A DNA stretch of 64,000 nt from Eledone cirrhosa (taxonomy: Eukaryota). The stretch spans positions 414,470,001 to 414,534,000 of the forward strand of contig OZ024741.1 in assembly GCA_964016885.1 (NCBI GenBank), in the 5' to 3' direction. A model generated the notes under the pieces. It made no database searches. It was not told the DNA's origin and saw nothing but the letters and a program-made list of their open reading frames with translations. A program made the translations under genes and the position numbers. Shown one piece after another: positions 15,001 through 24,479 of the stretch; position 1 is the first letter of the stretch; each line of letters begins with the position of its first letter.

Positions 15001-18000
15001 CAACCCTGCTAACCCAATATTTCAATACTGACCTTTAACCCCTCAACCCTGCTAACCCAATATTTCAATACTAACCTTTAACCCCTCAACCCTGCTAACC
15101 CAATATTTCAATACTAACCTTTAACCCCTCAACCCTGCTAACCCAATATTTCAATACTAACCTTTAACCCCTCAACCCTGCTAACCCAATATTTCAGTAC
15201 TAACCTTTAACCCCTCAACCCTGCTAACCCAATATTTCAGTACTGACCTTTAACCCCTCAACCCTTCTAACCCAATATTTCAGTACTAACCTTTAACCCC
15301 TCAACCCTGCTAACCCAATATTTCAATACTAACCTTTAACCCCTCAACCCTGCTAACCCAATATTTCAGTACTGACCTTTAACCCCTCAACCCTGCTAAC
15401 CCAATATTTCAATACTAACCTTTAACCCCTCAACCCTGCTAACCCAATATTTCAATACTAACCTTTAACCCCTCAACCCTGCTAACCCAATATTTCAATA
15501 CTAACCTTTAACCCCTCAACCCTGCTAACCCAATATTACAATACTTACCTTTAACCCCTCAACCCTGCTAACCCAATATTTCAGTACTGACCTTTAACCC
15601 CTCAACCCTGCTAACCCAATATTTCAGTACTGACCTTTAACCCCTCAACCCTGCTAACCCAATATTTCAGTACTGACCTTTAACCCCTCAACCCTACTAA
15701 CCCAATATTTCAGTACTGACCTTTAACCCCTCAACCCTACTAAACCAATATTTCAGTACTGACCTTTAACCCCTCAACCCTGCTAACCCAATATTTCAGT
15801 ACTGACCTTTAACCCCTCAACCCTGCTAACCCAATATTTCAGTACTGACCTTTAACCCCTCAACCCTACTAACCCAATATTTCAGTACTGACCTTTAACC
15901 CCTCAACCCTGCTAACCCAATATTTCAGTACTGACCTTTAACCCCCCAACCCTGCTAACCCAATATTTCAGTACTGACCTTTAACCCCTCAACCCTACTA
16001 ACCCACTATTTCAGTACTGACCTTTAACCCCTCAACCCTGCTAACCCAATATTTCAGTACTGACCTTTAACCCCTCAACCCTGCTAACCCAATATTTCAG
16101 TACTGACCTTTAACCCACCAACCCTGCTAACCCAATATTTCAGTACTGACCTTTAATCCCTCAACCCTGCTAACCCAATATTTTAGTACTGACCTTTAAC
16201 CCACCAACCCTGCTAACCCAATATTTCAGTACTGACCTTTAATCCCTCAACCCTGCTAACCCAATATTTTAGTACTGACCTTTAACCCACCAACCCTGCT
16301 AACCCAATATTTCAGTACTGACCTTTAACCCCTCATCCCTGCTAACCCAATATTTCAGGACTGACCTTTAACCCCTCAATCCTGCTAACCCAATATTTCA
16401 GTACTGACCTTTAACCCCTCAACCCTGCTAACCCAATATTTCAGTACTGACCTTTAATCCCTCAACCCTGCTAACCCAATATTTCAGTACTGACCTTTAA
16501 CCCCTCAACCCTTCTAACCCAATATTTCAATACTAACCTTTAACCCCTCAACCATTCTAACCCAATATTTCAGTACTAACCTTTAACCCCTCAACCCTGC
16601 TAACCCAATATTTCAATACTAACCTTTAACCCCTCAACCCTGCTAACCCAATATTTCAGTACTGACCTTTAACCCCTCAACTCTGCTAACCCAATATTTC
16701 AGTACTGACCTTTAACCCCTCAACCCTGCTAACCCAATATTTCAATACTAACCTTTAACCCCTCAACCCTGCTAACCCAATATTTCAGTACTGACCTTTA
16801 ACCCCTCAACCCTGCTAACCCAATATTTCAATACTAACCTTTAACCCCTCAACCCTGCTAACCCAATATTTCAGTACTGACCTTTAATCCCTCAACCCTT
16901 CTAACCCAATATTTCAGTACTGACCTTTAACCCCTCAACCCTGCTAACCCAATATTTCAGTACTGACCTTTAACCCCTCAACCCTGCTAACCCAATATTT
17001 CAATACTGACCTTTAACCCCTCAACCCTGCTAACCCAATATTTCAATACTAACCTTTAACCCCTCAACCCTGCTAACCCAATATTTCAATACTAACCTTT
17101 AACCCCTCAACCCTGCTAACCCAATATTTCAATACTAACCTTTAACCCCTCAACCCTGCTAACCCAATATTTCAGTACTGACCTTTAACCCCTCAACCCT
17201 GCTAACCCAATATTTCAATACTGACCTTTAATCCCTCAACCCTGCTAACCCAATATTTCAGTACTAACCTTTAACCCCTCAACCCTGCTAACCCAATATT
17301 TCAGTACTGACCTTTAACCCCTCAACCCTTCTAACCCAATATTTCAGTACTAACCTTTAACCCCTCAACCCTGCTAACCCAATATTTCAATACTAACCTT
17401 TAACCCCTCAACCCTGCTAACCCAATATTTCAGTACTGACCTTTAACCCCTCAACCCTGCTAACCCAATATTTCAATACTAACCTTTAACCCCTCAACCC
17501 TGCTAACCCAATATTTCAATACTAACCTTTAACCCCTCAACCCTGCTAACCCAATATTTCAATACTAACCTTTAACCCCTCAACCCTGCTAACCCAATAT
17601 TTCAATACTAACCTTTAACCCCTCAACCCTGCTAACCCAATATTTCAGTACTGACCTTTAACCCCTCAACTCTGCTAACCCAATATTTCAGTACTGACTT
17701 TTAACCCCTCAACCCTGCTAACCCAATATTTCAGTACTGACCTTTAACCCCTCAACCCTGCTAACCCAATATTTCAGTACTGACCTTTAACCCCTCAACC
17801 CTGCTAACCCAATATTTCAGTACTGACCTTTAACCCCTCAACCCTGCTCACCCAATATTTTAGTACTGACCATTAACCCCTCAACCCTGCTAACCAAATA
17901 TTTCAGTACTAACCTTTAACCCCTCAACCCTGCTAACCCAATATTTCAGTACTGACCTTTAACCCCTCAACCCTGCTAACCCAATATTTCAATACTGACC

Positions 18001-20708
18001 TTTAACCCCTCAACCCTGCTAACCCAATATTTCAATACTAACCTTTAACCCCTCAACCCTGCTAACCCAATATTTCAATACTAACCTTTAACCCCTCAAC
18101 CCTGCTAACCCAATATTTCAATACTAACCTTTAACCCCTCAACCCTGCTAACCCAATATTTCAGTACTGACCTTTAACCCCTCAACCCTGCTAACCCAAT
18201 ATTTCAATACTGACCTTTAATCCCTCAACCCTGCTAACCCAATATTTCAGTACTAACCTTTAAACCCTCAACCCTGCTAACCCAATATTTCAGTACTGAC
18301 CTTTAACCCCTCAACCCTTCTAACCCAATATTTCAGTACTAACCTTTAACCCCTCAACCCTGCTAACCCAATATTTCAATACTAACCTTTAACCCCTCAA
18401 CCCTGCTAACCCAATATTTCAGTACTGACCTTTAACCCCTCAACCCTGCTAACCCAATATTTCAATACTAACCTTTAACCCCTCAACCCTGCTAACCCAA
18501 TATTTCAATACTAACCTTTAACCCCTCAACCCTGCTAACCCAATATTTCAATACTAACCTTTAACCCCTCAACCCTGCTAACCCAATATTTCAATACTAA
18601 CCTTTAACCCCTCAACCCTGCTAACCCAATATTACAATACTTACCTTTAACCCCTCAACCCTGCTAACCCAATATTTCAGTACTGACCTTTAACCCCTCA
18701 ACCCTGCTAACCCAATATTTCAGTACTGACCTTTAACCCCTCAACCCTGCTAACCCAATATTTCAGTACTGACCTTTAACCCCTCAACCCTACTAACCCA
18801 ATATTTCAGTACTGACCTTTAACCCCTCAACCCTGCTAACCCAATATTTCAGTACTGACCTTTAACCCCCCAACCCTGCTAACCCAATATTTCAGTACTG
18901 ACCTTTAACCCCTCAACCCTACTAACCCACTATTTCAGTACTGACCTTTAACCCCTCAACCCTGCTAACCCAATATTTCAGTACTGACCTTTAACCCCTC
19001 AACCCTGCTAACCCAATATTTCAGTACTGACCTTTAACCCACCAACCCTGCTAACCCAATATTTCAGTACTGACCTTTAATCCCTCAACCCTGCTAACCC
19101 AATATTTTAGTACTGACCTTTAACCCACCAACCCTGCTAACCCAATATTTCAGTACTGACCTTTAACCCCTCATCCCTGCTAACCCAATATTTCAGGACT
19201 GACCTTTAACCCCTCAATCCTGCTAACCCAATATTTCAGTACTGACCTTTAACCCCTCAACCCTGCTAACCCAATATTTCAGTACTGACCTTTAATCCCT
19301 CAACCCTGCTAACCCAATATTTCAGTACTGACCTTTAACCCCTCAACCCTTCTAACCCAATATTTCAATACTAACCTTTAACCCCTCAACCATTCTAACC
19401 CAATATTTCAGTACTAACCTTTAACCCCTCAACCCTGCTAACCCAATATTTCAATACTAACCTTTAACCCCTCAACCCTGCTAACCCAATATTTCAGTAC
19501 TGACCTTTAACCCCTCAACTCTGCTAACCCAATATTTCAGTACTGACCTTTAACCCCTCAACCCTGCTAACCCAATATTTCAATACTAACCTTTAACCCC
19601 TCAACCCTGCTAACCCAATATTTCAGTACTGACCTTTAACCCCTCAACCCTGCTAACCCAATATTTCAATACTAACCTTTAACCCCTCAACCCTGCTAAC
19701 CCAATATTTCAGTACTGACCTTTAACCCCTCAACCCTGCTAACCCAATATTTCAATACTAACCTTTAACCCCTCAACCCTGCTAACCCAATATTTCAGTA
19801 CTGACCTTTAACCCCTCAACCCTGCTAACCCAATATTTCAATACTAACCTTTAACCCCTCAACCCTGCTAACCCAATATTTCAATACTGACCTTTAACCC
19901 CTCAACCCTGCTAACCCAATATTTCAGTACTGACCTTTAACCCCTCAACCCTTCTAACCCAATATTTCAGTACTAACCTTTAACCCCTCAACCCTGCTAA
20001 CCCAATATTTCAATACTAACCTTTAACCCCTCAACCCTGCTAACCCAATATTTCAATACTAACCTTTAACCCCTCAACCCTGCTAACCCAATATTTCAGT
20101 ACTGACCTTTAACCCCTCAACTCTGCTAACCCAATATTTCAGTACTGACTTTTAACCCCTCAACCCTGCTAACCCAATATTTCAGTACTGACCTTTAACC
20201 CCTCAACCCTGCTAACCCAATATTTCAGTACTGACCTTTAACCACTCAACCCTGCTAACCCAATATTTCAGTACTGACCTTTAACCTCTCAACCCTGCTC
20301 ACCCAATATTTTAGTACTGACCTTTAACCCCTCAACCCTGCTAACCCAATATTTCAGTACTAACCTTTAACCCCTCAACCCTGCTAACCCAATATTTCAG
20401 TACTGACCTTTAACCCCTCAACCCTGCTAACCCAATATTTCAATACTGACCTTTAACCCCTCAACCCTGCTAACCCAATATTTCAGTACTGACCTTTAAC
20501 CCCTCAACCCTGCTAACCCAATATTTCAGTACTGACCTTTAACCCCTCAACCCTGCTAACCCAATATTTCAGTACTGACCTTTAACTCCTCAACCCTGCT
20601 AACCCAATATTACAATACTAACCTTTAACCCCTCAACCCTGCTAACCCAATATTTCAATACTTACCTTTAACCCCTCAACCCTGCTAACCCAATATTTTT
20701 GTACTGAC
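1..20708. repeat. 43-bp tandem satellite, ~480 copies, truncated by window start
   Basis: Consensus AACCCTGCTAACCCAATATTTCAGTACTGACCTTTAACCCCTC repeated head-to-tail. The main linked variants are CAGTACTGAC and CAATACTAAC. The array ends at ...TTTTTGTACTGAC 20708. The plus strand is very C-rich and G-poor. Confidence 0.99.
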
Positions 20709-20717
20709 AGTATTTTA

Positions 20718-20950
20718 CTATATCTCAGCAGCCCTCTCTTTCAATACACATTTCCAGTTTCTATTTGCAGCACTTGTCATTGAACAGTAAAGACTCCCGG
20801 CTTTCTTGGATCCCATATCACTGCTATCGAGGTGGACATGGCCACCCCTGGCATGAGTGACCCCCTCCACTGATGTGGTCTGCATGCACCTCTGTATGCC
20901 AGACAATGTCCTCTCACACACCATCTCGGCTTGTATCATTGAGCAATGTT
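20718..20950 (-). mobile_element. Possible decayed non-LTR retrotransposon (RTE-like) ORF 3' end
   Basis: The minus strand reads ...GIQRCMQTTSVEG... In a shifted frame, TGC CAG GGG TGG CCA TGT reverts to R-Q-G-R-P-R if CpG decay is undone, followed by ...AANRNWK. This resembles the G-R-GRP...A-R-W C-terminal motif of RTE-clade ORFs. Frameshifted and weak. Confidence 0.35.
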
Positions 20951-20992
20951 TCAATAGTCTCTCATGTTTTTCTGGTATTTAAACTCCCTTTC

Positions 20993-21329
20993 CTGAAGGT
21001 GGGTGGCTTAGTGGTTACAGAATTGGATTCACAATTGTATGCTTGTGAGTTCTATTCTCAGACCAGGGGATGTGTTAAAACCTTGAGCAAGACACTTTAT
21101 TTCATGTTGCTCCTTATGTGACCAGTAGATAGTATCAACAATAGAAAGACCAATGGAAACATTGTTTCCTTGGTCTGATCTGATAGTCTGCTCCTTTCTT
21201 CTGTGACTAGTAGATAGTATCAACAATAGAAAGACCAATGGAAGCATTGCTTCTTTGGTTCAATTTGATAAGTTCCACCTCATTCAATAAGTGAATGAGG
21301 TCCGGGATCTTAACTTTTTCTCTCTTCTC
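20993..21329 (+). mobile_element. tRNA-derived SINE flanked by 13-bp target-site duplication
   Basis: A-box-like GTGGCTTAGTGG (~21003) and B-box-like GTGAGTTCTATTC (~21045), then CCTTGAGCAAGACACTTTATTTCA, a central motif I recall from octopus SINEs. The direct repeat TAAACTCCCTTTC flanks the element at 20980-20992 and 21330-21342. Confidence 0.75.
21118..21272. repeat. Two-copy 85-bp-period tandem duplication inside the SINE
   Basis: GTGAC(C/T)AGTAGATAGTATCAACAATAGAAAGACCAATGGAA.CATTG occurs at ~21118 and ~21203. Confidence 0.9.
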
Positions 21330-21610
21330 TAAACTCCCTTTCGAAACAAATCAGGGATTATTTTAAATCGTTGTTATTTAAGTCTGACACCTTTAGGAAT
21401 CCATTTTTATGATTTTTGTCAAGTTTATATATTTATCTTTTTTTCTCACAATGTACTGCAAGTACAAGTTTTTTTGTAATGGAGAATATTTTACTTAATA
21501 GGATTCTAGCAGAGAATTATTTTCAGTTTTTGTTGTTTTTTTTCTAATCTGCAAACTTTATTTCTAGGATATATATGTAAAAATATCAAAGAATTAAATA
21601 TTTAGTGAAA

Positions 21611-21772
21611 GGTTGGTGTTAGGAATGGCATCCAGCCATAGAAAACCTGCCAGATAGTCCTATACAAGCGAGACATGGTCACCTGACTAATCTTGCCTCA
21701 AGTGGGACAATTCCCGTCTAACCCATGCTAGCGTAGAAGATAGACATTAAACAATGATGATGATGATGATGA
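21611..21772 (+). mobile_element. 5'-truncated SINE / RTE-type 3' tail ending in (GAT)n
   Basis: GGTTGGTGTTAGGAATGGCATCCAGCCATAGAAAACC ... AACCCATGCTAGCGTAGAAGATAGACATTAAAC, followed by an (ATG)6 tail at 21754-21772. Matches my recollection of an abundant octopus interspersed repeat with a microsatellite tail. Confidence 0.65.
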
Positions 21773-21954
21773 AACAAAGAAAAGAAAATAGCAAAAGACT
21801 ATAAATGAGAGGAAAAGGAGGGAAAGAGCAAGGATTATTAAACATTTTCTTTGTTGATATTTACACAGACATCAAGGATTAAGGACTGCAAATGTGGCAG
21901 TGATCAGGGATGAAAAGATTAAGCATGATGAGGTTATTAATTTATCACTATCAG

Positions 21955-22028
21955 TTTTATATCTACTTTTCCGTGCTGGGTTGGACGAGATCTTTTGAGA
22001 GACAACATTTTACAGCCCTTCCTGATGC
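21955..22028 (-). mobile_element. Degenerate fragment of a related SINE tail, opposite orientation
   Basis: TCTACTTTTCCGTGCTGGGTTGGACG...TTTTACAGCCCTTCCTGATGC is loosely reverse-complementary to motifs in the 21611-21772 element. Confidence 0.35.
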
Positions 22029-22197
22029 ATTTTAATTTTAGTTACCTCTTACATGTAGAGATATGGGGTACCTATTCTAAAATATGGGATTCACCAATTG
22101 GTTCTTCAAATTTAGATATTTAAAAACGGATTAAAAAAGGGGAGTTAAAAAAAAACAGGTTAAAATATCAATAAAAATATTAAAAGAAAATGTTTAC

Positions 22198-22356
22198 CTT
22201 GTTCTCACAGGTCGTTGGTACATGAGACATTGGTAGAAGGATATCTACCATGTTTTCATCATGTACCCTCTTAAGGGGTTCTGCACAGTCACTGCAGACA
22301 TACAATGGAGGTGGTTTGTCCCTTGACTGAATTGCAAGTGCAGGGTTTGGACACAT
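22198..22356 (-). CDS. unc79: unc-79 homolog internal coding exon (159 bp, phase 0-0): MCPNPALAIQSRDKPPPLYVCSDCAEPLKRVHDENMVDILLPMSHVPTTCENK
   Basis: Acceptor ttcaatatttcAG (CT at 22357-22358 on plus), donor AAG|GTAAAC (AC at 22196-22197), 53 stop-free codons. The pattern DKPPPLYxCxxC...D(I/V)LLP...C(E/Q)xK matches UNC79 proteins as I recall them (vertebrate and insect). Confidence 0.92.
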
Positions 22357-23004
22357 CTGAAATATTGAAGCACATGATGGGTGGTGGAAAATACATAATT
22401 ATAAGGCCAGGGTTTGGAGACATCTGAAATACTGGGGTAGGTGGTGGAAAATCCTGAATTATAAGGGCAGGGTTTGGAGACATCTGAAATACTGGGGTAG
22501 GTGGTGGAAAATACTGAATTATAAGGGCAGGGTTTAGAGATATCTAAAATACTGGGGTAGGTGGTGGAAAATACTGAATTATAAGGGCAGGGTTTGGACA
22601 CATCTGAAATACTGGGGTAGGTGGTGGAAAATACTGAATTATAAGGGCAGGGTTTGGAGATATCTGAAATACTGGGGTAGGTGGTGGAAAATACTGAATT
22701 ATAAGGGCAGGGTTTGGAGACATCTGAAATACTGGGGTAGGTGGTGGAAAATACTGAATTATGAGGGCAGGGTTTAGAGATATCTAAAATACTGGGGTAG
22801 GTGGTGGAAAATACTGAATTATAAGGGCAGGGTTTGGAGATATCTAAAATACTGGGGTAGGTGGTGGAAAATACTGAATTATAAGGGCAGGGTTTAGAGA
22901 TATCTGAAATACTGGGGTAGGTGGTGGAAAATATTGAATTATAAGGGCAGGGTTTGGAGATATCTGAAATACTGGGGTAGGTGGTGGAAAAAATTGAATT
23001 TCAA
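22340..23004. repeat. 60-bp minisatellite (~11 units) derived from the unc79 intron/exon junction
   Basis: The minus-strand unit TTATAATTCAGTATTTTCCACCACCTACCCCAGTATTTCAG|ATGTCTCCAAACCCTGCCC copies the real junction ATATTTCAG|ATGTGTCCAAACCCTGCAC. The exon-proximal unit is 67 bp; the others are 60 bp. Confidence 0.97.
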
Positions 23005-23192
23005 GAACAATACTTAACTATTTGGAAAAATAATATGATGGAAGGTTTTAATATAAAGATAAACATTTTTAAAATGTGCAGTTTTATATTTTAAAACTGG
23101 GGGTGATTTTAGATAGAACTGGGGGGGGGGGGGGTCTGGGGTGGCGTGGTGAGTAGTTTTATATCTTAGAACTGGGGGGAGGGGGGAGCTTG

Positions 23193-23400
23193 AAGTGCAG
23201 GGAGATCAAAATTGACGGTAGTTACGGAGTAGGTAGACCCAGAAAAACCTGGAACGATTTGATAAATTCCGACCTTACAAACTTACACCTCTCTAAGACA
23301 ATGTCACTGGAGCGAGATGTTTGGTGCTACGCAGTAATACAGAAGACCCGCCTTGCCTAAGTACAAAGTGAAACCTAGTCAGTAGGCACCTCTTAACCAA
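23193..23400 (+). mobile_element. RTE-clade LINE 3' fragment (ORF C-terminus plus start of 3' UTR)
   Basis: 23193-23360 translates without internal stops as KCREIKIDGSYGVGRPRKTWNDLINSDLTNLHLSKTMSLERDVWCYAVIQKTRLA*. It contains the GRPRKTW...DL..L.L...M...R..W motif typical of RTE ORF ends. Confidence 0.8.
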
Positions 23401-23465
23401 ATATACTATTTTTCAGCAGCTTAATCAATCAATCTATATATTGATCTCAATAAACACTGACTTAC

Positions 23466-23530
23466 CTTGACAGCTTGACATTTTCCTGAGTTGACACAGT
23501 TTTCTCTCTGACACAGAACAGGTGGCCATG
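23466..23530 (-). CDS. unc79: unc-79 homolog internal coding exon (65 bp, phase 1-0): (P)WPPVLCQRENCVNSGKCQAVK
   Basis: Acceptor atgtgctccAG (CT at 23531-23532), donor AAG|GTAAGT (AC at 23464-23465). Phase fits both neighbouring exons. W-x-P-x-x-CQ-x-x-x-C...AVK matches UNC79. Confidence 0.9.
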
Positions 23531-23557
23531 CTGGAGCACATATAGATAAATATACAT

Positions 23558-24109
23558 GAGAGGGAGTGGGGATGTGTGAGTGGGAGAGGTGATAAGGGAG
23601 TGGGGATATGTGTGTGGGAGTGGGGATGTGTGAGAGGGAGTGGGGATGTGTGTGTATGAGTGGGGATGTGTGAGTGGGAGAGGTGATATGTGAGTGGGAG
23701 TGGGGTTGTGTGAGTGGGAGTGGGGATGTGTGAGTGGGAGTGGGGATGTGTGAGTGGGAGTGGGGATGCGTGAGTGGGGGGGGGGAGAGGTGATATGTGA
23801 GTGGGGGGATGTGTGAGTGGGGGGATGTGTGAGTGGGAGAGGTGATATGTGAGTGGGAGAGGTGATATGTGTGTGAAAATGTGAGTGGGTATGTAGTTGA
23901 GTGTGAATGTGTGTGTGTGTCTGTATGTGAGAGAGGAGATATGTATGTGTGTGAGAGGGAATATGTGTGTATGTGTGTGTGAATGTGTGTATGTGAGGGG
24001 GGATGTTTGTGTTTTTGTGTGTGTATGTGTATGACAATATGAATGAGGATGTGAGTGTGTGTGTATGACAATGAGTGTGTGTATGACAATATGAGTGTGT
24101 GTGTGTGTG
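23558..24109. repeat. Degenerate GT/GA-rich minisatellite (~20-bp GAGTGGGGATGTGTGAGTGG) grading into (GT)n microsatellite
   Basis: Visible low-complexity repeat filling most of the 670-bp intron 23531-24200. It is the source of the His/Thr/Pro-rich spurious ORFs. Confidence 0.95.
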
Positions 24110-24144
24110 CCTATGTTAGAACTCATTATAATGATACAGAACCA

Positions 24145-24175
24145 ATTATTCCTGGCCACTAGGGCCAGGAATAAT
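24145..24175. other. Perfect 13-bp stem hairpin
   Basis: ATTATTCCTGGCC-actag-GGCCAGGAATAAT. Confidence 0.9.
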
Positions 24176-24200
24176 GCGAGACAACAATAGATTTACTTAC

Positions 24201-24330
24201 GTTGGTATTTATAATGGATGCCACGTCTTTCTGAATGTGAAGGGTTTAGTTGGGGCCAGTAATAGAACAGTAAATTAGCAGCCGGGGCCCTTGCAGAAGG
24301 AGGTCCATAGGCAATTACACTGAGCAGGTC
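24201..24330 (-). CDS. unc79: unc-79 homolog internal coding exon (130 bp, phase 0-1): DLLSVIAYGPPSARAPAANLLFYYWPQLNPSHSERRGIHYKYQ
   Basis: Acceptor tacatctttatttAG (CT at 24331-24332), donor AAC|GTAAGT (AC at 24199-24200). DLLxVIAYGP...PA..(L/M)LF.YWP.L.P is the conserved UNC79 N-terminal-region motif as I recall it. Confidence 0.92.
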
Positions 24331-24479
24331 CTAAATAAAGATGTAAAGGTAAGAGAATAATAAAGTGTTCTGAAATTATTTCAGTTCTTGATTGAGAGGC
24401 GACAGGTGTAATACATTCTCAAATGCCATATCGGGGGTAACCACAGTAAGCAAGGTGCTCAATACAAAGCAGAGTATAA

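Noticed and set aside
1-20708. True telomere or terminal repeat tract
   Set aside because: There is no run of perfect (CCCTAA)n; the hexamer-like motifs are embedded in a complex 43-mer that appears to be intronic.
1-20708. Recursive-splicing (AG|GT) sites on the plus strand of the 43-mer
   Set aside because: The sequence is TTTCAGTACT (AG followed by T, not GT), and it is on the strand opposite to unc79.
20998-21065. Possible tRNA gene
   Set aside because: A/B boxes are present but no intact cloverleaf; the sequence continues into a SINE body bounded by a TSD.
20873-21247. Short ORFs of 72-82 aa
   Set aside because: They overlap SINE/LINE remnants, show no recognisable protein similarity and lack splice or phase support.
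22245-22601. ORFs MSKPCPYNSVF... and MSPNPALIIQ...
   Set aside because: They are products of the 60-bp minisatellite, read out of frame with the true unc79 exon.
23080-23190. Short duplicated AGTTTTATAT...AACTGGGGG motifs with poly-G runs
   Set aside because: A small local duplication with homopolymers of uncertain length; no evidence of function.
23421-24159. His/Thr/Pro-rich ORFs of 191-241 aa
   Set aside because: They are translations of the CA-rich low-complexity tract; only 23466-23530 is a real exon.
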